32,000 bases of DNA from Alkanindiges illinoisensis DSM 15370 (GTDB taxonomy: Bacteria; Pseudomonadota; Gammaproteobacteria; Pseudomonadales; Moraxellaceae): the NCBI RefSeq assembly GCF_000619845.1, contig NZ_JHUX01000004.1:90001-122000 (forward strand). The letters are read 5' to 3'. A program made the translations under genes and the position numbers. The notes under the pieces were generated by a model. It saw only the letters and a program-made list of their open reading frames with translations, had not been told where the DNA came from and made no database searches. Below are positions 15,871-24,019 of the stretch, piece after piece. How positions within the stretch are numbered: position 1 is the stretch's first letter; every line of letters starts with the position of its first letter.

Positions 15871-16053
15871 TTATGCAGCATCCGCTCTATGGTTTTTCAA
15901 GAACCAGTACCAATAGGCGCGCTCTTGCTTGGGCAAGCGTTGTACCTGTTTGGGGTTCTGCGCATAAAATGTTTTGGTTCTATCACAAATGACTGAAATG
16001 TTAAGTCCGGTTTCGGATTCAGCCGATTTGATCGTTTGAGAGAGTGCTTCCAT
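15871..16053 (-). CDS. Small conserved protein of unknown function (60 aa), 'RLPK..RAYWYWFLK' family, paralogue 2
   Basis: See 11217-11417. I re-set the start to the ATG at 16053 (MEALSQTIK...). The track's 52-aa N-terminal extension has no counterpart in the paralogue. Confidence 0.6.
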   Translation of the reverse strand: MEALSQTIKSAESETGLNISVICDRTKTFYAQNPKQVQRLPKQERAYWYWFLKNHRADAA

Positions 16054-16456
16054 GAGCTTCGTACCGTGGTCAACTTTTAGACAAATTCTATACAATAAAT
16101 TAGCACTAATTGTGAATTTGATCACATTTAATACGACTAAAGTTGTAAACAAATAATTAATCACAAGCCAAAACACTGTAATGATGGGCAAAATATGTAT
16201 TTTGCTCACTTACTGGCAGTCACGTTTCCTACGCTTTAACATTCCATCCTTGCATGATTAAAGATCAGTAACAACTTGGCTTAAATATAGCAGTAGCCGT
16301 ATAAAACAAGTAGTTCTCATTACCAAACTTTTCAAATAACGCATCACAACTGTAATGGCGGCAGTATTGCGTAACGGGATTTCATTACAAAACCAACTTA
16401 TTTTTTAGTGATTTAAGTCACAATATTTTTTCTTATCCCTCTGCTATTGCCAACTT

Positions 16457-16630
16457 ATGTTTTTTACCTTGAGTTTATGTCCGGATTGTGGTGCTGCGTT
16501 ACCTCGACAGGCCAGGGTATGTCAGGTTTGCGGTTGCACCGATATTAAGGACTGGTCCAAATTTTTTATGATCACCAATGTGGTTCTGCTGGGCATTGCC
16601 TTTTTGTTGATGCTAGTGTTTAGTTTCTAA
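16457..16630 (+). CDS. Unlisted 57-aa zinc-ribbon plus single-TM miniprotein
   Basis: Translation by eye: MFFTLSLCPDCGAALPRQARVCQVCGCTDIKDWSKFFMITNVVLLGIAFLLMLVFSF. It has a CxxC...CxxC pair followed by a hydrophobic helix. It falls below the 60-aa cut-off of the track. No clear Shine-Dalgarno sequence is present. Confidence 0.4.
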   Translation: MFFTLSLCPDCGAALPRQARVCQVCGCTDIKDWSKFFMITNVVLLGIAFLLMLVFSF

Positions 16631-17593
16631 GCGACGATCCAGTTCAAGCTCGGCTCGGGAAGTTTTTTTGCTGCGCTTATAAAAATACATTTGCTGATCG
16701 GCTTGCGAAATAGCCTGCTGCAAGCCAAAGGAAGGATGACGCAAGGCAAACCCAATGGATGCACTAACCTGCGCCTCTGTTAAGGCCTGACCAATGCGCT
16801 CAAACAGGCTTTCAGCTCCGGCATGATCCACCTCTATACTTAAAATCGAAAATTCATCGCCACCCAGCCGCGCCACCACATCACTCTTGCGCGCCACCTG
16901 ACGCAGGGCTTCAGCCGCACGCTGAATCAATTGGTCACCTGCTGCATGGCCCTGGGTGTCGTTGACTTCTTTTAGTCCATCCAGATCAATCACATAGACT
17001 GCCGACAAATTCCCATAACGCTGGCTACGCTCTTCTTCCAAAGCAATAAAATGCTCCCAGCCGCCACGGTTATACAGCTGGGTGAGTTCATCTGTCATGG
17101 CCTTGGCTTGCAGACGCTCAATCTGGCGCGCTTGCTCGGTTTGCTTGAGTTCAATTTGCAAAATATGGTTCAGCAAGGCAGCCATAAATTCAATCAGGTC
17201 TTTTTCCTGGACTAAACTGTCTGCTTTTGGATTGGGGTCAATTGCACATAAAGTACCAAACAGTTCACCATCGCTCTTAACCAGAGGCTGGCCGATATAA
17301 GCCTGAATATTCACCTGCTTGGCAATCGGCGCTGCCGCGTATAGCTCTATGTCATTGGAACGCGGGGCAATACAGGGGGCATTGCCTTTCACCATGTGTG
17401 AACAAAAGGAATCCGCCCAGCGAAAGACCTGACCGGGTTTGACGCCATAGCCATGATCTTCAGTTTGCAGGACAATCCAGTCCTCACCTTCGGTACGGGT
17501 GATCATCCACAAATCAAATCCCAGCCGTTGGTGCAAAAATTTCAGGATGGCCTGGCCTGCACTTTCAAAGCTGTTGAAATTCCACGGTGTCAT
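16613..17593 (-). CDS. GAF-domain diguanylate cyclase (GGDEF) with an intact I-site
   Basis: The active site is RLGGDEFSIL, and RKSD lies five residues upstream (an RxxD inhibitory site). The N-terminal ~150 aa is GAF-like. DELTQLYNRGGWEHF is the usual start of a GGDEF domain. Confidence 0.85.
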   Translation of the reverse strand: MTPWNFNSFESAGQAILKFLHQRLGFDLWMITRTEGEDWIVLQTEDHGYGVKPGQVFRWADSFCSHMVKGNAPCIAPRSNDIELYAAAPIAKQVNIQAYIGQPLVKSDGELFGTLCAIDPNPKADSLVQEKDLIEFMAALLNHILQIELKQTEQARQIERLQAKAMTDELTQLYNRGGWEHFIALEEERSQRYGNLSAVYVIDLDGLKEVNDTQGHAAGDQLIQRAAEALRQVARKSDVVARLGGDEFSILSIEVDHAGAESLFERIGQALTEAQVSASIGFALRHPSFGLQQAISQADQQMYFYKRSKKTSRAELELDRRLETKH

Positions 17594-17741
17594 GCTGTAA
17601 ACCCTATTGTTGCTCTGGCTAGCTTACCTGATAAATAATTCAGTCATAAGGCTGTCTGTAGGTCAATCATCATGTTTTTTAATACTTTTATAGTAAAAAA
17701 CTGTTTTCTTGCACTTTCAACGCCTTAAACCAGCCTGGAAC

Positions 17742-18539
17742 TCATACTTGCGCCGTGTCGTAAAATTGCTGCCAGAGTTTTTGTCCCACCTGATCCAGTT
17801 GTTGCACATCCTGGACAAATTGGTGGCGGGCAGCTTCATCAATAAATGGTAGCGGCAACAGCGGATCTGCGGTGAGCAAGGGAATAGCTTCACGGCCCAG
17901 CAATAGTGACTCACGTGCAGCCTGCTCTACATCACACTCATGGGCTTGTGCCAGCCATGCCTGAATTTTCTGGCTAATACTGGCATAGGTGTGATTAAGG
18001 GTTTCGCCATGCCATAAGCTGGCAACTTTCTGGCTGCTGGCCGTATCCAGATGGCTCACCCGGAATATATTGGCGTCCGGCTCCAGGCCATTTAAGATTA
18101 AGCGCTTAAAAGTTTCATCAAAGCTTTCTGCCAGATTATCAGGCCGGATAAACAGGCCGGTTTGCAGCTCACGAAAACCATGCTGACGCAATGCCCTTTC
18201 ACGACGCTTTAATGCGGTACGGTCTACCCGGCCCAGTGCACCAGTAAACACAGCCAGATAATCGTGATTCCATGGTTTGGTGGCCTGAATACCCTGCTTG
18301 CGCTGAAGCATGTCAGTGGCCCATGCCTGCCACTGCTGGGTAAACTGGTACTTGCCTCGCCCTGCTGATTCAATCATGCCATCACTGGACAAACGGGTAA
18401 CGGCAACCCGGATGCTGTTTTCGCTAAAGTTAAACAGGTTGGCTGCCAGTAACAATTGCCGGATGGTGATTGGCGCGCCATCTGATCCCATTATTAAATC
18501 AATGATTAAATGACGGGCATTCATTTTTGCAGAAGTCAT
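17742..18539 (-). CDS. PaaX-family transcriptional regulator
   Basis: An N-terminal winged helix (ITIRQLLLAANLFNFSENSIRVAVTRLSSDGMIESAGRGKYQFT) and the overall length are typical of PaaX-like repressors. No paa catabolic genes lie nearby. Confidence 0.65.
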   Translation of the reverse strand: MTSAKMNARHLIIDLIMGSDGAPITIRQLLLAANLFNFSENSIRVAVTRLSSDGMIESAGRGKYQFTQQWQAWATDMLQRKQGIQATKPWNHDYLAVFTGALGRVDRTALKRRERALRQHGFRELQTGLFIRPDNLAESFDETFKRLILNGLEPDANIFRVSHLDTASSQKVASLWHGETLNHTYASISQKIQAWLAQAHECDVEQAARESLLLGREAIPLLTADPLLPLPFIDEAARHQFVQDVQQLDQVGQKLWQQFYDTAQV

Positions 18540-18699
18540 GGCAACCTGTATAATAAAAAGCGCATGATTAATATTACATAAAATTATATTAAATGCAAAT
18601 TAATGAAATATTAATCTATAGGTTTTAAAAATTTCTGTTCCTGTTTTAATCTGTTGACCAGTGCGTTGCTGACCTGAAAAATTCAGATTTAGAGAAAAT

Positions 18700-18930
18700 T
18701 TAGGGAATGGCAATGGACTGGTCATGTATTCTTTCCAGCGCATCCACCCTGACCAGTTCCTGTGGATTAAAGGTCTTCTGGCGCATCAGGGCAATTAACT
18801 GCTGCTGGCCTTCCTGACTTAATGACCTGTTATTTAAGATCTGGTCACGCTGGCTCAGGTAATCCGTCATGCGCCTGTTCCACTGCTCGGTTTCACGATC
18901 CAATGCTTCCAGTCGGTCAGCAGCTTCTGG
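18700..18930 (-). pseudogene. C-terminal relic of a lipase-specific chaperone (Lif/LipB-like foldase)
   Basis: The open frame reads PEAADRLEALDRETEQWNRRMTDYLSQRDQILNNRSLSQEGQQQLIALMRQKTFNPQELVRVDALERI. This matches my recollection of the conserved C-terminal pattern of lipase foldases. The frame is closed by a TAG at 18931-18933 and has no ATG or ribosome-binding site. No lipase gene is adjacent. Confidence 0.45.
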
Positions 18931-19060
18931 CTATAAATACGGGTTAAGAAGAAGGAGTCGCTCTAAAAAACCAGTAGGTGTTACTAAAAAATTACGCTTT
19001 TAATCGTTCAAGTTTTTTAGGAAATATAAAAATAAAAAATTTTATTAAAATAAGGGCTTG

Positions 19061-19630
19061 CTAACTACAAAGCGCTGTTTTATGACACATGAGTGTTGCC
19101 TCCAACAGCGGCCAAATGCCATTAAAAACCAGATGATCATCACGTGCATTGGAAAGCATGCCATCCAGCATATTCATCAATAAACTACCAAGCACCTCAG
19201 GCTGCTTGACCTGAAACTCAACCAGCTGCTGCTTGATTAAATTAAATTGCCATTTTTTATGCTGGTCAATAATATCAAAAATACTGCCATCTTCTGGCAG
19301 GAACGTGCTGGCTGCCTTATGAAACAGGCTGCCGTTAAATTGATCAGCCTGCACAAACTCATAATGCCACTTATAAATGGCCTGTAATTTTTTTAAAGGG
19401 TCTGAGGTATTGCTCTTCATCAGATGGCTATTGAGTGAATTCTGGATCGTTAGGCTTTCCAGCTTCAGGCATTCCTCAATCAAACGGATTTTAGTAGGAA
19501 AATACTTATAAAACGTCATTTTGGCTGTATTTGACTCTGCAACGATTCTATCAACCCCGACATTGCTAAAGCCTTCACGATGAAAAAGCGACAACGCCGT
19601 TTTTAAAACATGTGTTCTTTTTACTGTCAT
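19061..19630 (-). CDS. TetR/AcrR-family transcriptional regulator
   Basis: N-terminal HTH: LKTALSLFHREGFSNVGVDRIVAESNTAKMTFYKYFPTK. I re-set the start to the ATG at 19630 (MTVKRTH...). The track's 62-aa upstream extension looks non-coding. Confidence 0.8.
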   Translation of the reverse strand: MTVKRTHVLKTALSLFHREGFSNVGVDRIVAESNTAKMTFYKYFPTKIRLIEECLKLESLTIQNSLNSHLMKSNTSDPLKKLQAIYKWHYEFVQADQFNGSLFHKAASTFLPEDGSIFDIIDQHKKWQFNLIKQQLVEFQVKQPEVLGSLLMNMLDGMLSNARDDHLVFNGIWPLLEATLMCHKTALCS

Positions 19631-20041
19631 ACCAAACTTAAGATAAACCTGAAAATAGTCAAAAAAATGCCCAGTAATAACCGTAGCATTTGCCAATACA
19701 GATTTTGCCGGTATAAAAATCCAGCAGTTTACCTGTGCGCTAAAAGTTGTCTGGCAAAAGCTGCCTAATAAAAAATGCCTAATAAAAACTTGCCTGAGAG
19801 ATGCCGAGGCAATCAAAAAACAGGCTTAGAAGAGTCTTATATTGGGCAATGCCCTATTGGCCAAACGTTAAGCATTACCCATTTGAATAGGTTTTTTGCA
19901 ACCTGGCGCCCAGTATTACCCTTTAGTCAAATGCAACTTTATTCAACCCGCTACAGTGGAGTAAGCTTGACAAAACTGCCAGCAAATATGAACAGTCATT
20001 AATGACAATCTTATGGCGGATCGCGACATAAGGACAAAGCC

Positions 20042-20980
20042 ATGGAAATAGGTATTGTTGTTTATCCTGCTGCACACCTGCCCTCGGTATGGGGACTGAC
20101 TGACCTGCTAAAATATGCCAGTAACTTTGTGGTGGCGCGACAGTTCCCGGATTTAAGAATTAGTCACTGGAAAGAACAGGATGGCCAGATCATCAAAATC
20201 TTTGACACCCATCCTGATGCTGACAATACAGTGAATCTGGTGGTGATCCCGCCCAGTTTTGAGCCTCCTATTTCCAAGCAGGACGCCCAGGCTTATTCAG
20301 CATGGCTTAACCGGCTTTATGACAATGGTGCCATTCTGTGTGCCATTTGTTCAGGCATTTTTACCCTGTTGGAAACCGGGCTTCTGGACGGTCGGACCGT
20401 GACTGCGCACTGGATGCACAGTGAAGCTATTCAGCAAAACTATCCTACCGTGACGCTGGATAACAGAAAGCTGATTGTGGATGACAATGAAATCATCACC
20501 CTGGCAGGGCTTTTATCATGGATGGATCTGGGGCTAAAGATTGTTGAAAAAGCCTACGATGGCGCAACCATGCGCGAATTTGCAAAATACCTGCTGGTTG
20601 ACCCGCCGTCACGTGAGCAATCCTACTATCATGCATTTTCACCAAAATTTGATCATGGCGATGTGACCATTGTTAAAGTCCAGCACTGGTTGCAGGGCAA
20701 TTATCAAAAGAAAATTACGCTTGAAGTGCTGGCCCAGCATATTGCGCTGGAAAAAAGAACCCTGTTACGGCGCTTTAAAAAAGCCACCGGCATGACCGTA
20801 ATTGAATATTGCCAGAACCTGCGAATTCAAAAGGCACAAGAGTTGCTGGAAACCACCAGTTTGAGTTTTGAAGCCATTTCCTGGCAGGTGGGCTATCAGG
20901 ACAGCTCATCGTTTAACAAGATTTTTACCAAAGTCATTGGGCTTACCTCAAAAGAGTACCGCAAGCGCTTTAAAAGTTAA
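20042..20980 (+). CDS. GlxA-type regulator: DJ-1/PfpI (GATase1-like) domain fused to an AraC-family HTH
   Basis: The N-terminal domain has the nucleophile-elbow-like motif AICSGIFTLLETGLLDGRTVTAHW. The C-terminal AraC double HTH reads LEVLAQHIALEKRTLLRRFKKATGMTVIEYCQNLRIQKAQELL...GYQDSSSFNKIFTKVIGLTSKEYRKRF. Confidence 0.8.
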   Translation: MEIGIVVYPAAHLPSVWGLTDLLKYASNFVVARQFPDLRISHWKEQDGQIIKIFDTHPDADNTVNLVVIPPSFEPPISKQDAQAYSAWLNRLYDNGAILCAICSGIFTLLETGLLDGRTVTAHWMHSEAIQQNYPTVTLDNRKLIVDDNEIITLAGLLSWMDLGLKIVEKAYDGATMREFAKYLLVDPPSREQSYYHAFSPKFDHGDVTIVKVQHWLQGNYQKKITLEVLAQHIALEKRTLLRRFKKATGMTVIEYCQNLRIQKAQELLETTSLSFEAISWQVGYQDSSSFNKIFTKVIGLTSKEYRKRFKS

Positions 20981-21213
20981 TCTGCTGTGATTAGCCAGAC
21001 CCTGATTGACCTTAATAGCCGCTAGCCTAACCCATTATGGCTTGACTCGGCGTGAATCGTGGATTAGATATAATCAAGGCCAACCCCTACCGCATGGCTG
21101 TTATGATGGCTGTTGCGGGTGCACACTCCATAAACGATGCAATACGATTTTGTGGTTTAGGTCAGAAGTAAAAAAATTCTGCTGATTGCTTCAATATCCC
21201 CAAATTTTATTCA

Positions 21214-22935
21214 ATGAATACAAGAAAGGACTCTATCGTGACCTCAATGACCCCCCAGGTACATTTTGCCACTGAACCCGAACTGGATCAGGCTATTTTG
21301 GAACTGAAATCCGGTGCAGCCAAATGGGCAAGCCTTGATCTTCAGCAGCGGATTGAGCTGCTTAAAGCCACCCATGCCAGTATTGCAACGGTGGATGAAG
21401 CATGGGCACTTGCTGCCATTGCTGCCAAGGGAACGCCCGCAGGCCCGCTTGAAGGTGAAGAGTGGATGTCTGGCCCCTATGCCACGCTGGCGGGTTTTGC
21501 AGCCACAATTGAAAGTCTGGAAAAAATGGCTCACGGCCAGTCATCCCTAAACGGCATTAAGGCAGGAAGCGCGCCGGGCAACCGGGTAAAATTCCAGATG
21601 CTGCCAAGCAACCTGTATGAATACAACCTGTTTCATGGCTTCCGTGCCGAGTTATGGATGGAACCGGGCATTTCCGAAGCCGAAGCACGGGCCAGTGCCG
21701 GACTGGGGGCAAAGCGGCCGGGTGAAAATGGTGGAGTTGGACTGGTGCTTGGTGCAGGCAATATCAGTGCGATTGCCCCGCTGGATGCCCTGTATGAGCT
21801 GGTTGCCTATAACCGCGTAAGTATCATCAAGCTCAATCCCACGTTTGGTACGCTCATCACTATTTATCAACAGGCATTTGCGCCATTGATTGAGGCTGGG
21901 TTACTCAGGCTGGTTAATGGTGGAGCCGAAGTAGGCACTTATTTAACCAGTCACCCAGATATTGCGCATGTGCATATTACCGGAAGTGGTGTTACCCATG
22001 ACATGATTGTCTGGGGGTCTACCTACGATAAAACCGGTACGCCAAAGCTGACCAAGCCAATTACCAGTGAACTGGGCGGGGTTTCCCCAATTATTGTCAT
22101 TCCCGGCAACTGGTCGAAGGAAGACCTAAGATTTCAGGCCGAACACGTTGCAACCCAGCGCCTGCATAACGGTGGGCATAACTGCATTGCTGGCCAGGCT
22201 CTGATTTTAAGTCAGGACTGGCCACAGCGCGCTGAATTTCTGGCAGAGCTGCGTGCGGTGCTGCGTGAAGTTCCTGCCAGAACCGCATGGTATCCGGGTT
22301 CAGACAAAAAAATTAGCCTTGCTACTGCAACTTACCCGCAAGCCGAAACCATCAATGGCAGAATACTGATTGAGGTGAATCAACATACGGCGCAGGATTT
22401 ATTCAATACCGAGTATTTTGCCCCAGTACTCGGCCACACCAGCCTGCCCGGCACAGGCCTTAGCTTTTTCCGTGCGGCCATTGAGTTTGCCAATACGCAG
22501 CTTGATGGTAGCTTGGGAGCCAGCATTATTGTTGCACCCGCTGACCATAAAAGTATGGGCAAAGCGTTTGATGAAGCCTTGGTTGAACTGCGTTATGGCA
22601 CCATTGGCGTTAATGTCTGGAGTGCCATTGGCTTTCTGTTGCCTACGCTGGCCTGGGGGGCGTTTAAAGGCAATAGCCTTGACCGTGTGGGTAGTGGCAT
22701 TGGCGTGGTGCATAATTCTCATCTGGTGGAACGCCCCGAGCGCAATGTCATCTGGGGGCCATTTAGACCGTTTCCCCGCTCGGTTTTTCATGGTGAATTT
22801 GCACTTTCCCCCAAACCGGCCTGGTTTATTACCGCGCGTTCTGCCGCCTCTACTGCCAAAAAACTGACCGCATTTACCGCCAAACCCAGCTGGCTTAAAA
22901 TGCCTGCAATCTTTCTGGCTGCCTTTCGCGCCTGA
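21214..22935 (+). CDS. Aldehyde dehydrogenase superfamily protein, unusually long (C-terminal ~70-aa extension)
   Basis: The catalytic Glu is in ELGGVSP and the catalytic Cys is in NGGHNCIAGQ. The start is ambiguous: the ATG at 21214, or the GTG at 21238, which has AAAGGA 7 nt upstream. Confidence 0.75.
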   Translation: MNTRKDSIVTSMTPQVHFATEPELDQAILELKSGAAKWASLDLQQRIELLKATHASIATVDEAWALAAIAAKGTPAGPLEGEEWMSGPYATLAGFAATIESLEKMAHGQSSLNGIKAGSAPGNRVKFQMLPSNLYEYNLFHGFRAELWMEPGISEAEARASAGLGAKRPGENGGVGLVLGAGNISAIAPLDALYELVAYNRVSIIKLNPTFGTLITIYQQAFAPLIEAGLLRLVNGGAEVGTYLTSHPDIAHVHITGSGVTHDMIVWGSTYDKTGTPKLTKPITSELGGVSPIIVIPGNWSKEDLRFQAEHVATQRLHNGGHNCIAGQALILSQDWPQRAEFLAELRAVLREVPARTAWYPGSDKKISLATATYPQAETINGRILIEVNQHTAQDLFNTEYFAPVLGHTSLPGTGLSFFRAAIEFANTQLDGSLGASIIVAPADHKSMGKAFDEALVELRYGTIGVNVWSAIGFLLPTLAWGAFKGNSLDRVGSGIGVVHNSHLVERPERNVIWGPFRPFPRSVFHGEFALSPKPAWFITARSAASTAKKLTAFTAKPSWLKMPAIFLAAFRA

Positions 22936-22949
22936 TCCCGAACTGCTCA

Positions 22950-22997
22950 ATCAACCCTAAAGTAAGACGACAAAGGCGCTAACTTTAGGGTTGATTT
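22950..22997 (+). terminator. Terminator after the aldehyde dehydrogenase gene
   Basis: A 13-bp stem pairs TCAACCCTAAAGT (22950-22962) with ACTTTAGGGTTGA (22981-22993) and is followed by TTTTAAATTT. The loop is rather large (18 nt). Confidence 0.6.
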
Positions 22998-23168
22998 TAA
23001 ATTTCCTGCCATAATTTTTAATCTCATATTTATTTGTTTTTAATAATTTTTTACCAAAATTAAATCTTTGTAATTCGTTTACAAAAAATAGCTATCCCAA
23101 AAAATCACTATCAATATCCAAAATAAATATTTCTCATTATTTTTAAAAAAAAGCACTATCTGGCCAAG

Positions 23169-23180
23169 TTGTTATAACAA
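23169..23180. promoter_or_regulatory. Perfect 12-bp palindrome TTGTTATAACAA; candidate GntR/HutC operator
   Basis: The palindrome lies 25 bp upstream of the GntR-family gene's ATG. Its core GTTATAAC fits the GT-n-TA-n-AC type of palindrome generally reported for HutC-subfamily operators. Confidence 0.45.
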
Positions 23181-23204
23181 GTTACTGCTTGCCAGGAAGC
23201 ATGT

Positions 23205-23960
23205 ATGAACCAGCCGATTGCCCGTAGCGCCAGCAAACCCCTGTACAACCAGATTCGTGATGAATTGCTGCAAAAAATCACCAATGGCACTTATCCGGCC
23301 AACAGCCAGATTCCTTCCGAAAATGAACTGGGCGAACTGTTTCAGGTAAGCCGCATTACGGTACGCCAGGCACTAACCCAGCTCCAGCAGGAAGGGTTTA
23401 TTTTCAAGGTGCATGGCAAGGGATCTTTTGTGAGCAAGCCCAAGGCTTTCCAGAATGTGACCCATTTGCAAGGCTTTGCTGAGGCCCTGAGCACGCTTGG
23501 TCATGAAGTTATTAACGATGTCCGGCAGTTTGAATTTGTGACTGCGCCTATTCATGTGGCAGCAAAACTGCAATTGCCTGTAGGTAGTACGGTTACCGTG
23601 ATCAAGCGGATACGCCGGGTTAACCAGCAGCCGGTTTCCTTTGAAATCACTTATTTGCCGGAAAGTCTGGGACGTGAACTGCAACAGGTGAATCTGGTCA
23701 CCACCGATATTTTTCTGGCGCTGGAAGACGTATGCCAAATCTCACTGGGCCATGCCGATTTGACGATTGATGCCGTGCTGGCCGATGCGGAATTGGGTGA
23801 CCTGTTACAGGTTGACAGCCATGCGCCCATATTACGGGTTGAGCGCCTGACCCATAACTCGGCGGGTCAGCCCATTGATTTTGAATACCTGTATTTCTCG
23901 GGTGATGCCTTCCAGTACCGCTTACGGATTGATCGGCAAGCGCCCGGCAGCACACACTAA
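23205..23960 (+). CDS. GntR-family transcriptional regulator, HutC subfamily (winged HTH plus UTRA effector domain)
   Basis: N-terminal motif: LYNQIRDELLQKITNGTYPANSQIPSENELGELFQVSRITVRQALTQLQQEGFIFKVHGKGSFV. The ~170-aa C-terminal domain has the length and pattern of a UTRA domain. Confidence 0.85.
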   Translation: MNQPIARSASKPLYNQIRDELLQKITNGTYPANSQIPSENELGELFQVSRITVRQALTQLQQEGFIFKVHGKGSFVSKPKAFQNVTHLQGFAEALSTLGHEVINDVRQFEFVTAPIHVAAKLQLPVGSTVTVIKRIRRVNQQPVSFEITYLPESLGRELQQVNLVTTDIFLALEDVCQISLGHADLTIDAVLADAELGDLLQVDSHAPILRVERLTHNSAGQPIDFEYLYFSGDAFQYRLRIDRQAPGSTH

Positions 23961-24019
23961 TTTGTTGATTACTGTTTTCTCGATATTTGTTTTCTTGTTT
24001 TACGGTTAGGGGTAACACC

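Noticed and set aside
16054-16209. A hydrophobic 52-aa N-terminal extension of the second small protein
   Set aside because: The paralogue at 11217-11417 has no such extension. The sequence is AT-rich and promoter-like, and the internal ATG aligns with the paralogue's start.
19775-20002. A 75-aa ORF between the TetR and GlxA genes
   Set aside because: It has no motif and no ribosome-binding site, and it overlaps the tandem repeat region. It is more likely regulatory DNA.
22399-22950. A 183-aa antisense ORF in the aldehyde dehydrogenase gene (and similar ones at 21244-21534 and 22418-22867)
   Set aside because: The translations are Gly/Lys/Arg-rich junk opposite a gene with clear catalytic motifs.
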